This document shows positions 39,201-51,426 of a stretch of DNA of 64,000 nucleotides, in pieces (position 1 is the stretch's first letter; each line of letters begins with the position of its first letter). The translations under genes were made by a program, and so were the position numbers. Source of the DNA: Thalia democratica. Lineage: Eukaryota. The notes below the pieces were generated by a model. It was not told the origin of the DNA. It did no database searches and saw only the letters and a program-made list of their open reading frames with translations. The stretch lies in assembly GCA_965202585.1 (NCBI GenBank), contig OZ241831.1, positions 28,520,001 to 28,584,000 of the forward strand, in the 5' to 3' direction.

Positions 39201-40893
39201 ACCAATATTTATTTTAACAGTTTATTACTAACAAAACAATGTTTCACTCCTATACTTGCATATAGAAGATCCTCAGTTGTTGTAAACAGGTCTGAAAAAA
39301 AATTTTTGAACAAAATAAATGGAAGTAAAACAAAAATAAAAACTAATGGTTTAAAAACAAAAATAAATCTTAAATATACTAAACTTGAGTAAAAATTTTT
39401 TTAGTTTATGTTACGCTTTTAAGAATTTTGTTGGTAAGATAGACTAGAAAAAAACTATAATGCTATATACGTTAAAATAGTAAAACATGACTCACATTGA
39501 AGTTAGTTGTCAGAAAAAAACACAAATAGAATACTAAACACAACATTTGCAATTGATAATGTTATAAACTGACTGTTGAAAATTAAATATCAAAGTTTCT
39601 AACTTAGATTTATGACGTAACTATATTGTTGTTTAAATTGGCGCACAATTTGAATTAATATATTTTAGCTACAAATTGAGAAAACTTTTTGTTAAATTAC
39701 CTTATTAAATAAAGACTATGTAATCAAAAGTTTTATTTTGGTATCGTGTTTTGGTGTAAATAAAAAAAAAAAGAAAGAAAACAGTTTTTACATGGGCGAT
39801 AAAAACTCTTTACAATTACAAATAATTTAACTTACTAATCAACGGGTGCTAGTTTAAGTTTTAAAGCAGAGCTTTTGGAAATGTGGACAGTTTGCAAATA
39901 GTTCGTACCTCTTATTTAAGTTGACTTTTTTCTTAGCATTGGCTATCTCTATTTTTTCTAAAATACAGGTTTTGAAGATGCTATGTATGCTTTTAATTTC
40001 CTCGATGTGGTGAAGGATGCTCCATTTTATGTCGTAGGTGATTTTTTTATGCTTCAAATGCCAAATGTATTTTGCTAGTTCGGTCCCGTTATCTTTATAA
40101 TTTTTGAAACTGTTGTTGTGGTTGTACCATCTATTTTTAAAAGTGTTTCCGGTCGAGCCAATATAATATTTTATTTCCTTTGGAGATGTTATCGTAGCTT
40201 TGTAAATTACATTTTATATTAAACAATTGTTATCCAAGGGGCATGAGTTTTTTGATCGGCAGTTGCAGGATGGGGTATTAGTGGTGACGTTTTGTTCTTC
40301 GGTTTTGTTGGTTTTATTTAGAGTTTTTTTGTTATGTTTTTGTACTATTACCTTAATATTGCTCATACAGCTGTAAGACAGTTTACAGTTATTTTTGTTT
40401 AATAATTTATATAGTGTTTCGTTTTGCTTGCAGTGTTTATTAGTTATCTCGAAAAATGCTTTGCCGATATTAGTTTTTACGGATTGGCAGAACGGGGGAT
40501 TAAAGTAAATGATTTTCCTTGGTCGGTTTGTTTTCTTTTTAGATTGGGTCTTTACACTTTCTGTATATTTTAGCTTATGTTTGAAGTTGGCATTGTTTAA
40601 AGCATTTTGGTATGTGGCTACGTAGTTGTTAAATATTTGTTCATTTTTGGAAAGTTTATTAATTCTCCTCTCAATAATCGCTGGGAGGTTCCTTTTTATA
40701 ATTTTAGGATGATTTGATTTGTTATTTATATATCTTACTTCCGAACTTTCTTTGCGGTATGGTTTACATATATTGTTAGTCAGGTTTAAAGTTGTATCTA
40801 AGAAATTACTAAAACAACTGAGGATCTCCTATATGCAAGTATAGGAGTGAAACATTGTTTTGTTAGTAATAAACTGTTAAAACAAATATTGGA
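39201..40893 (-). mobile_element. 5'-truncated Penelope-like element of a second family (Cys-rich linker type) with an inverted terminal duplication
   Basis: Minus frame 40810-39854 reads NFLDTTLNL...PYRK...SNHP...RKIIYFNPPF..SVKTNIGK...CNCRSKNSCPLDNNCL(*)..VIYKA...YYIGSTGNTFKNRWYNH...LAKYIWHLK...LNKRYEL..CPH. 39201-39283 is inverted at 40811-40893. Confidence 0.85.
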
Positions 40894-41514
40894 TATAAAT
40901 CTCCTTGAAGACATTTAAGTCGAGAACTTTAAATTGTTTAATTTAAAACAAGTTACATTATTATTATTATATATAAAACTTAAAATTGCAACTAAATTAA
41001 AAATAATTTAAAAAAAAACCAAAACTATAGTTTTGAATAATAAAATAATTCAATTAAAAAATTAAATAATTGATACAAATTTCTATAACTTAATACATTG
41101 TTTATTGAACGATAAAATAAAAGCGCTCTAAGAGTATAGTTTTTGAACTTGTGTACGGAAGAACCTTTTGGTTATTAAGTCGTACACCACATTCTTTTGT
41201 ATTCTATTAGAGCTTATATAAATAATTCATAGAATAAAAAGTTTTGTATTTGAAAAATAAAACTAATGAAAAAAAGAAAGAAAAGGTACTTAAGAAGCTT
41301 GAAGAAAAGAAAGTCATACAAGATACGGTTTGCTGTGATGAGTAGATCTTATAAAACTAAAGTTTTTTTAAGTCTACGTATTCATAAACAAAACACTTAG
41401 TGGTATTCAGGATAAAATGTACTACGAAAGTATATGTAACTTTAAAATAACAAAAAATTATAAATATTTAAATTATTTGAAAAAAAATAATCATAATATA
41501 TTAAAACATGTAAA

Positions 41515-41752
41515 AAATATATTACCACAGATGTTGTTTTTGTGTCAAAACTTTATTCCGACTAACGGCGTTTCACAGCTCTCAAATAAACTTAAGAACA
41601 GATCTACGGAGTCTCAAAAAAGCTCTAAGAATAGAAATATTACGCCGTTAGTCGGAATAAAATTTGACACAAAAACTTTTGTGGTATATATTCCGATAAG
41701 CTTAGCATATCAGGATCTCCAGGAATTAACGCCTTTTAACGTTGCATCTTAA
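41515..41752. repeat. Palindromic MITE-like element
   Basis: Arms tgtgtcaaaactttattccgactaacggcgt (41541-41571) and acgccgttagtcggaataaaatttgacaca (41642-41671). The right terminus is shared with 2981-3065. Confidence 0.7.
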
Positions 41753-42039
41753 AAAATATATTGTGTTATTTGAAAATTATGAATTAAGTACATAGCTATT
41801 TAACAAAGTTCTCTAAAACAACCTTTTTCTCAACAAAATTTAATAATAAGTATGGTCATAAACCTAGGTATCAAGATAGTAAGCTATGGATAGAGCTACC
41901 TGTAAATTTAAAAGACTAAAGCAATCTTGGAAGTTTTGAAAACTTTTATGGTATATTAACAAAAAATAAATAAATAAAAAGGTCATAAAAATATATTTGA
42001 TTATTTCGTACGTCTGACTAAAGATTAAAATAGTTCTAG

Positions 42040-43100
42040 CTCTATTTTAGCAAAGAGCAGTCAATGAAATTTACAGTGTTTAATACAAGCTTATATCTTA
42101 TATAAAACCAGACACTTCTTAAATGCAAAAGCATTGTATTTGATCTTTCGTTTTTTGCTTATTAGCAATGTTAGATATGGCTTGTTGTGCTGGGGAAGAG
42201 CAAATAAAAAATTTATAAATGATATTAATATTCTCATAAACAGAGCACTTAGATGCATACATTATAAGAAATATGATGACAGTGTAAGAGAATTAAAAAC
42301 TCAGAAAAAAATATTAGATGTTGAGAGTCTGTATCTATATGAATTAGGTCTGTTTATGTTTAAATTTAACAACAATTTGTTACCAGATAACTTTATAAAA
42401 TGTCCATAATTATCATACCAGGTCTTCAGAAACAAATTTTTTCCTACTTAGATTCAACAGCAAAGTAGGTCATACATCACTATCCTTTCAAGGTAGTAAG
42501 TTATGGACTAAGTTACCATTAAGTTTAGAAAATATAAGTCATTTTGGAAAGTTCCAGCATGAAATTAAAAGTTATCTTTTAAATAGTGATTCTCAAGGTC
42601 ATTAGTGATCATTCCTACTCGCCTATTTTTTTTAAGGAGTTAATAGTATTTGTCATTTAATATTCAAATTTTTATTAATTTATTTTTGTCCGAAAGTTGA
42701 TTTGTTTGGTCAAAGTAACATTGGTTTAGTCTAGATTTTAGCATTTTCTATCTAATTATTTCTAAGATTGTAGTTTAAGATTACTTTTTAATTATTCATC
42801 TAATATCCAAATTTTTGTTTATTTTTTTATGTTTTTGTTGGAAAATAGATTTGTTTGGTTACATTAACATTGGTTAGTCGAGATTTTAGCATTTTCTGTC
42901 CAGTTATTTTTAGAATTATTCTTTAAAATTACTTTTTTGAATTAAGTTCAGAATACTTACAAACATTTTTTTTTGCTTGCAAACTTTTTTTTTATATATT
43001 TTATTATTATAATTTTTATTTTTATTGCATGCAAATGTAAAAAGAAAAGTTATAGATGTTTATATTTTAGCAGAAAATAAAGTATTTAAAAAGCAGGCTG
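42040..43100 (+). mobile_element. 5'-truncated L2/CR1-type LINE 3' end
   Basis: ...LLISNVRYGLLCWGRANK...LGLFMFKFNNNLLPDNF; same family and 3'UTR as 29030-30495. Confidence 0.8.
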
Positions 43101-44199
43101 AGATAACTGCTTCAAGCAAATTTATGTTAAAAAATCTCTTTTTGAGCAAAGCAAAGAAAAATTCTTCTTTTTTATGTTTGCAAATGATGTTTTTTTTTCT
43201 ATTATTACAGTTAAGACTTAGACAAGTGTTCAAAAAAGAGAAAAGAGTTTTTTTTTTGATTGATTTAATGGATAGAAATTTGTCGTTGTTAATAACATTG
43301 TTGTTAAAATTATTATTGTTTTTTTTACGTAATACGTTTCTTCATATTTTTATTTAAAAAAATTAAGTTCAGTTATTGTAAAAATCACTTATTTAAAATT
43401 CTTAAAAAATTTTTAAATAGTTTTTTAAACTATTTATATGTGAAATATTCTTATTTTTCAACTTAAATTATCAAACAAAAAAAATACCTTTTTAGCACAA
43501 AATACTTAATTAAAATGATATATTTATACTATACTTTTTATTTAGTTTAGGCAAATTTTTTTTATGGATACAGCTTTATTTTACTTTTTTTTTTGAATAT
43601 TGCAGCTTTACTTTTTTTTTCAATGTTATAGCTTTATTTTACTGTTACTTATTTTTTTATAAGTTAAAATAAGTTGGTAGTAGAGTCGAAATTCTTAAAC
43701 ACACATAAAAAAAAACTTAAAAATATATTTTTTTAAATCATTTAAAAGGGTAATTTATTTGCAAAGTTCTGGATGAATTTTAAAATTAAAACTTCAGATA
43801 AAAACTTAACTTTTTAACGTAAAGTTAGATATATATTTTATGTGTATATAATGTTAGATATATGTGTGTGTAAAATTATTTAGTTTTTTTTTTTTAATTT
43901 TTTAATTTTTTATTTTTTAGAAAAATATTTAATGTTATAAAGTTTAATAGTGTCATTTTTCATAGAGCTTTTCGTTTTAGAGTTTAAATTTTCTTTTTTT
44001 TTCATTTTAGCTCATTATAATTTTGATTAAGTTTGGGATTGCAACTCGATGACCGAGAGGTCTTTTTGCTATCCAGGTAATTGAACCAAAAAATTTTTGA
44101 GCAAAAGTTTTTTTTTTTGGCTTTTGTTCAATAAACTATTATATCCAATTACAAGCTTCCAAAGATATTTCAAGCTTTTGAGTAAATGCAGCTTACTGA

Positions 44200-44520
44200 G
44201 CTTAATGAAAAACTTTCTCCTGCCTGCGTAAACCAAAGACTGAGTTAAAAAACGCTGTTTATAAATATTTCTTTTTTATCTTTTCTTTTCTTTATTTCAA
44301 AGGCTCTTTTTCTACTTATTACATCTAGTGAAGTTTCAAATTTGTCTGCATTGTACCTAAAACTTTTTTTGTTGCTCTTCGTAGCTAACCTTAGAATATC
44401 TAGGTTTCAAAGTTCTTGTAAAATAAGTCTAAGTACTCTCTAAGGCCCCTTTATACCACCTGACTTTCTAAGATGACCATTTTCGAAATCCTGATATAAA
44501 CAGTATAAATTATAGTTCCG
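44200..44520 (-). mobile_element. Short degraded LINE 3' fragment
   Basis: Reads LEST*TYFTRTLKPRYSKVSYEE, resembling the LE.VQ..FTR...SY.ER motif of CR1-group C-termini. Confidence 0.35.
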
Positions 44521-46796
44521 AGATTTATATTAAAAAATATTCCCCAAGTACTTTACAATAATACTTTGATATTAACATTACATATAATATATAATATATT
44601 ATTTTATTTTTTCAACAAATACTTACCATGTCATTATATCAACTCGACCACGACATTAATGTAGTGACTTTTCAACTTTTTCTTTAGTTATTTTTTACTA
44701 AAAGTCTTTTATGTTTCTCCATCATATAATGTCACTAACCATTTTAAATTTAAAGTTGCAATCAAATTTCAACTCAGATAAAGTTAAGATAAGAGGATTG
44801 CACAGCAGTTGTTTAAAAGTAAAAGCTGGTTGACAGTTTGTATTGTCAGGGAAAAAAAAAACTTTTTTGCTTCCCTTGTCTATGAATAAAAGTTGATACT
44901 TATTAGTTAGTTTTCTTAATGTATGCTATTATTTACACTACAATTCAAAAATATTAATGCTTAATACTAGAAATTTACTCCATTTTCTAAAGCGTTTGTT
45001 GAAAACTACTTCAGAAAACACTTTACTATTAGAAAAAAATAGCTTACTTTAAAAGTTCTAGACCTTCCACAACTGTGGGACCCCCGTACTAACATTAAAT
45101 AAAACCGTAGAATTCACTTTAAACACGTTTCGTTTTGTGTTAAAGGTATATTGATTTGCATGAGTGTAAAATATTTAATTTTGATCGTTGTTAGAGGTTG
45201 GTTCAAACTATCTGCAAACTTGTGGCACTTTTTACCAAGAATTTTGTTATGTTTGAGTAAGACCTAGCTCACATCAAAACATGGGTAAAAACATCACTAA
45301 GCTCTCAGAAATTTGTTAAACAAGCAGGATTAAATTTAAATAGCTTAATTAAATGTTTTTATAAACTTATAATTTATAAATTAAAACCGAAAAAATTTCA
45401 TCTATGTTAAAATAAATTTAGTCTTTAAACAGTTTTTTACTTGTTAAAATAAAAAGATAGAAAAAATCGACACTTTGGCTGAAAATAATTAAAACTTCTT
45501 TTTTCACCGATTATATAAAAATAAACGAACAAAAAAAGAGTTTCTATGATATTTTTTGAAGAATTAAAAGCTATAACTATCATATTGAAATTATCTAAAA
45601 TATCAAAACCTATGTTTATAAGTCAAGTTAAACTAATACAAGTTATAGTAGAATAAAAAAAAAAATTATAGTACAATATTAATTGCTATTCCAAAGATTA
45701 TTACAATTATTTTAGTTTTTAGTTTTGTTTTATAAAAACAACAAGTTTAATTGTTTATAAAACTCATTTTTGAATTAAACCTTGTAAAATTGTTATTAAA
45801 ACTAAATTAAAACATGTTAAGAACAGTTTTGGGCTTAAATAGATTTAGATTTAAGGTTGTTTACAAGCTTTTTTTATTATATAGCAACAAACTTGAAATA
45901 TAAATGTACCTTTAACAGTAGAGACACCTGTACACAGCATTTTATATACGAAATTAAACAGAGTCGGGCAACATACGGTCCTAAATACAAACTATTTTAA
46001 CCTTTAGGCTTTTTTTATTCAAAACACTTGTACATAAGAACCTAAACTTAAGACTGAAATATAAAAAAAGTATGCATAATAGCCTGAAACTATTTGATTC
46101 AAACAACAGTTCTGTAAAAAGATCATGTAAAATATAAATGAACAATTAAAAAAATAACCTATATAAACAAAATTAACTTCTTGAGGAATTTATTTGATTT
46201 ACTCAATTTATTATTAAAACTTCTCTTAATGCATCAAAATAATACTGAGATGTAAACTGTAATTTGGACTAAAAAATTATTTTAGTTTAATATATTAGTA
46301 TTTAATAAACTATTTTAACATAGATTACATTAACTGTAATTATTTTCAGAATTTGATTATTATGAAATATAAAAATTTAAAGGCTATACAAATTTAAAGG
46401 CTTATAAATAAACATATTAATTTTTCTACTTTTGCTTTGGTCTTATACGACTTAAGTATTTTTTTAAAATATAACTTCATTCCTTAAATAAGTTTTACAT
46501 ACTTTTATAATAAAACAAGTTAACATTTTAGTAACTATACAACTGAAAAAGAGTTTAACAAAAGGGTTGATCATACTCTATAGTTAAACCAACACTTTTG
46601 TCAAACTTTAGCTTGTCTCACGACATACGAAAGCCGAGGCTTCTGCTCTGCAGACTTTCATCGATGTTTTTTGTCAACTGAAAAAAAAAACATGTTTGTA
46701 TTGTCTTAAGGTTTTATTAGATTATTTATTTCATGTTTCTTATAAATATTTCGTGTTTAAAATTATTTGTTGTTATTACATCAAAAAACTTCTGAT

Positions 46797-48437
46797 TTAT
46801 TCATCGCTGCGCAGTGGACGATTTTTTCTTTCGCACTCTTCATCGAAGCTCTCAGCCGTTTTGTCGCTAACAATTATGCGCATGCATTCTTTAGCCCACT
46901 TTACGTGTTGGCTTCGAATTTTATAGTACTTTTTAGTTTGCTGCGAGGAAGCGATGCTGAAAGTGTCTGCCGGGGTCTTGACGCCGATGACCTCATTGTG
47001 CTGGTTGTGCAAAATTCCGCCAATCGATGGAAAATCGTTTTTCAATTGAAAGCTTACGTAGGCGGAATCCTTAGAGCTGTCCAAAACAGTAGCCGACGAC
47101 GTCTTCAGTTCTGCGACGTTCGGTAAAAAGTTTCCTTGGTAAAACTTTTCGACTTTATAGTCGTCCCCGTCGAGTTGCCAGTAGGTGAACTTTAAAAGCG
47201 GTTGTTGTGACTGCTGATGCTCTGGCAACCTGCCTAACAATTTTCGATTGCCTTGGATTACGTACGCTGACAAATCAAAATTTCTGGGAAAGTATATGAG
47301 TCCAACGTCGTAATTGTTGTTTTCATCGAGCTTATGCTTGAACCAGTGAGTTGAAGTGTGCGATGTCTTGGAACTGCTTAATACATCTGAAGGGTCAGTA
47401 CTCGTCACTGTTTTCAATCCGACAACTGCCGTGATGCTGTGCAGTTTTCTCTTTTCGTAATCGTCAAAGCACCCGGCCGACGTGATCACCCAGTTTTTAC
47501 TGATCAAGGCCCCGTGGCACTTTAGAACAGTTGCAGAGTGATCGTTTGGGTCGAACGCGTAATGGAAGTACAGGAGGACCACAAAGTGAGGAGTTTGTCC
47601 GGGGTACATGGGACTGAGCTGTATTGGCTGAGACGGGGTCATCAGGTTCACCTGCGCAGCCATCCAGTCCAGGTAAGGATAAAGTTTAGTAGCCCCTTCG
47701 TGTTCCCCTGGTTTGCCGATGTCACTAAACGATCTTGGTCCGTAACTGATCAGTCCAATCACCAACGGCTTGTTGTCAAGTTCACAAATCAACGGACCCC
47801 CGGAGTCTCCCCCGGTTGACCCCTGATCTGTTGTGCTGTTTGCAAGTTGCCCGAACACAATTTTGTTTGCAGTTTCATTAATAACTGTAACTTTGCCCAT
47901 TAACAAAATAGTACTTTTATCTTCATTCTCATTTTTAGGACCCCAGCCATAGACTTTGCAGGAATGGGTTGCGTCGAATTCATTGCGATAGTTGGAAATA
48001 AGAGCGGGCTGTACGTACTTATCGAAATTGAACTTATCTAGTACTTTTACAAGACCGATATCATTAACTAGTGAGTTAGGATGAATAACCCAATGCTGGC
48101 AACGTCTTTCCTGCCTACTTGTCTGATTACTTTTATACAAAACATCACCTGCTATCACTGATGTTACTTCATGTATGTCAGTTCTGCGCGGCCCTCTAAA
48201 GTTGTTCGGCCAGAAGCAGTGAGCTGCAGTAGCAACCCAAAACTCATTTATTATAATTCCACCACAATTTCCTATAAAAGTTTGTTTGTCGTGTTTTTGT
48301 ATACGGTATGTTCTCACCATAACTGTGTGCTTTGGTTTTTGTTCCAATAAAACTTCCTCTCCGTGTTTCACCTGTGCTTGGGCAGAGTACAGCAGCCCGA
48401 ACAAAACGCAAAAACCAAGCAGAATACGTTTGTTCAT
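46797..48437 (-). CDS. Intronless secreted S1 protease, two tandem domains, 546 aa; catalytic triad intact in domain 1
   Basis: Signal peptide MNKRILLGFCVLFGLLYSAQA. Domain 1 has NCGG, WVATAAHC, NDIGL and GDSGGPL. Domain 2 is catalytically dead (TSAGC). Paralog of 36716-38359. Confidence 0.93.
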   Translation of the reverse strand: MNKRILLGFCVLFGLLYSAQAQVKHGEEVLLEQKPKHTVMVRTYRIQKHDKQTFIGNCGGIIINEFWVATAAHCFWPNNFRGPRRTDIHEVTSVIAGDVLYKSNQTSRQERRCQHWVIHPNSLVNDIGLVKVLDKFNFDKYVQPALISNYRNEFDATHSCKVYGWGPKNENEDKSTILLMGKVTVINETANKIVFGQLANSTTDQGSTGGDSGGPLICELDNKPLVIGLISYGPRSFSDIGKPGEHEGATKLYPYLDWMAAQVNLMTPSQPIQLSPMYPGQTPHFVVLLYFHYAFDPNDHSATVLKCHGALISKNWVITSAGCFDDYEKRKLHSITAVVGLKTVTSTDPSDVLSSSKTSHTSTHWFKHKLDENNNYDVGLIYFPRNFDLSAYVIQGNRKLLGRLPEHQQSQQPLLKFTYWQLDGDDYKVEKFYQGNFLPNVAELKTSSATVLDSSKDSAYVSFQLKNDFPSIGGILHNQHNEVIGVKTPADTFSIASSQQTKKYYKIRSQHVKWAKECMRIIVSDKTAESFDEECERKNRPLRSDE

Positions 48438-49096
48438 TTCTGTTTAGTTTTTAAAAACTGTGTAGGTTTTTAAATAAACACAAAATAAAAATTCCATAAG
48501 TTCAATACATGACGCAACAATGGATTAGAACAAGATTTACTTTTTGGCAGGATTTTTTTAATTTAGAAAATACTTTGCAATCAAGCACAAAACTTGAAAA
48601 ACGAAACCTTCTGTTAATCTAATAGTACTAATTCAAGCTAACTATTATTAACAAATCATACCCATCGAAAATTCAGAAGATTTTAAAACAATTAAAATCT
48701 ATAAAAGACTTAAATTAAGTAAAAACTCACAAAATGTTTTACACCTTATTATAACCATTTGAAAACTAAAAAAAAACTTATAATCTAATTTAAACTAGTT
48801 TAATTTTTTCTAAGTTGGATAAAACTAACCTTTAAAATATTTAGAATAATAATAGAATCCCATAATTTACATTTAACTTTATTTTTTCTGTTTGAATAAG
48901 ACTTGTAAGTAAATATTAACATTGAAACTTTCATATTATCATGTCAACTAAGATGACAAATGCAAAGCTTATCAAAATAATGAGACGTTGGGCTGTAAAT
49001 TATTTGCTGTGTCAGATTTTTCAACTTTGATCACAAACGGTCGCTTCAGTACTTTGTACTTAAGTCCGCTTGTAAAAATCTCATAAGCCTGACTGT

Positions 49097-49139
49097 GCCT
49101 GCCTGATGAGTCCCTATAAGGACGAAACCGGTCGTAGGC
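49097..49139 (+). ncRNA. Minimal type I hammerhead ribozyme with intact core, in a ~280-bp pLTR-like repeat (48980-49250)
   Basis: GCCTGC CTGATGA GTCC ctataa GGAC GAA ACCGGT C GTAGGC: 6-bp stem I (one G-U), 4-bp stem II, palindromic ACCGGT stem III; GUC cleavage predicted after 49133. Confidence 0.9.
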
Positions 49140-50737
49140 TGTCTCGGATGCTGTTGTTGCTGGTCGTGAGATAATATTAATTAATTATTGTTGATGCAGT
49201 GAGCATCTCAACTTTGTTGATGATAGCCGAAATGATTATTGGTTAAAGAAGATAAAATAAACTAAAACTCGAATGCGGACAAATTTGAATTCTTTCTTCA
49301 TCGAATAAAGAAAGTAAATGTACAACCAATTGACATCTAGTAAAGTGTGGTTTGAAGCTTAAATGATCAACTTAAAAAGGTAAATTAACATGAAGCAATT
49401 AAAAAAGTATAGTTTAACTTAAGCTTGTAAATAAGGAGCTAACCAAAAGTTTAGTAGTAGTTAAAAAAAGAGGAAAAGATTCAGATATTAACTTTAACAT
49501 TATATAGAATTCTTTTCTAGGAAATAACTCAGAGAATACTTACAATTTTTTTTTTTATTTTTTAGCTAGCCCATGTAAAACTTAGTTATAAATGTAATAG
49601 TTTTACAAATAAATCAGTTTTCAAATGATAGGCTGAGATAACTGTTTCTAGTAAACTTGTAATAACTTAATCTACTAATTAAACAAAACCTTTTTTTTTG
49701 TTTGCAAGTATTGTTTGCTTTTTTATAGTTACATTTTTTGGTTTACAAAAGTATTTAGATATAAGAAATTAAATTTTAAATAAGTAGGATATTTCTTGTT
49801 ATTTTTGTTATTCATAACTACGATATTTTTCTTTTTAAGTGTATACTGATGTAAGTGTTACAGTACTTACTTTTTTTTTACTTGTTTATATAAAAAGTTA
49901 AGTTTATCGTTAAATTTACAACTTTAATAAGTAATCTTTTTTTTTTCTTATCATATAGATTTCGATCACATTATTACACAAAAAATGTATAGAATAAAAT
50001 AACTGATAGAATTTAATTTGAAAATAATTCAGCTTATTTCAATTTTACCTTCTTTAAAGAAGTTGAAACTCATCTTTTAAGTATTTTCATGTTTGCTATT
50101 AGGGTTGTTTATTTTGTTTCATAAGTTAAGTTTAAATTATTATTATTATGTATACAAAGTTTTTTACTATTACTTTTATATTTTCAAAGTTTTAAGCTTA
50201 GACTCTATTATTATTTATATATTATTAGACAAGTTTTCGAGTAAATCTTGCCAAATCTTTTAAAAGAAAGTATATTTCTTAGTTTATTTTCGTTAAATTT
50301 TCTTTACTTTCTTTTTATCGTTTATTTATTTGTTAAGGTTTTAAGCTTTATACTTTAGCGTTAAATCTTTATTAACTCGTAATAGATTGCAAAAGTATGT
50401 GATGTACGACTCAATAACTGCAAGGTTCTTTCGTAAGTTAAATTACTTTTTAAACTTATATTAACTTTTTGAGCGTTTTTCTTTTATCCTTAAATAAACA
50501 AAAAAATATAAAAACAGACATAATTTAAAATTTATCAAAAAAACTATTTTACAAACAGAAACAATAGTTTTATTCTTCATTTGTTGACTGCTTATGTAAA
50601 AGGCAAATACATTAAAATGTTTGATCAAAGCTAGTATTTAAAGTATTTTTGTTTACATCGCTGTCAATAAACATATTCCTAGACGTAAAGTCCTGTCTAA
50701 ACTTAAAACTGAATTTAGTTGAGCAGAACATGTGACC

Positions 50738-51426
50738 ATGTCAACAAACTGGCCCTCTGTGATTAGAACAAACAATGATCATATTTTGTTGAGTGGTTGT
50801 GAAGAAAAGGCAAATAAACGATGGTAAGTTGTTATCAACATCCACTAATGTATATTAAATATTTTAACAAACTGTTTTTTTTTTTCAATTGCAAAAATTC
50901 ATTGAGTGTCTGTCTTAAAATATAATTTGAAAATTAACAAAGAAGCAGACTGCATTGTTCTAACATTGCAGAAGAATTTAGAAAAGTCAAACAACAGATC
51001 TGATAAAGTTGATCTGATTAAAAGAGTCAGTTTTGTGTAGTATTTGTAAGTTATAAGAACAGTTAATACATCTGAAAGAAAATTCTTAAGGAAATATATT
51101 TATTACACGTTTTAATTCATTTATGTGTAAAAATATCTTTAGTAACAAGTTTTACTTATTTTTAAATAATGTAATACTTCATTTTTATTTGAAGTTTTTG
51201 ATCTGTATGTTTATTTTTGTAATATATAATGTTAAGTTAAACTACCAATTCAAAAAAAAAACAATATTATACAATGCAATTGTTTAGATTATTTTTTAAT
51301 AACTTTAAAAACTTATGGAAACTCAATAAAGTTAACTGGCTATTGTATATTTTACATAAGAATGAATTTTACAGGATTTGTGAATTGAATGACCCAAATC
51401 GTATTAAACTGGTTTTAGGAAACTAA
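50738..51426 (+). CDS. Candidate two-exon small ORF (50738-50823 plus 51375-51426): MSTNWPSVIRTNNDHILLSGCEEKANKRW-ICELNDPNRIKLVLGN*
   Basis: TG|GTAAG donor and ttttacag|G acceptor are phase-compatible. No family recognised; may be fragments of a larger gene. Confidence 0.25.

Noticed and set aside
43025-43357. 110-aa ORF and the other F/L/K/I-rich ORFs in the track (e.g. 1073, 5082, 20852, 39174, 46696, 51540)
   Set aside because: Compositional artefacts of AT-rich or low-complexity DNA, or antisense shadows of real ORFs and TEs.
46610-46670. GC-rich hairpin stretch (gaaagccgaggcttc) downstream of protease 2
   Set aside because: No ribozyme or snRNA consensus is recognisable, it is single-copy in the window, and it is absent from the paralogous block; probably a small insertion.
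36716-48437. Horizontal transfer origin of the intronless proteases
   Set aside because: Higher GC and lack of introns are also seen in host exons and retrocopies. Nothing in the sequence points specifically to a bacterial donor; a phylogeny is needed.
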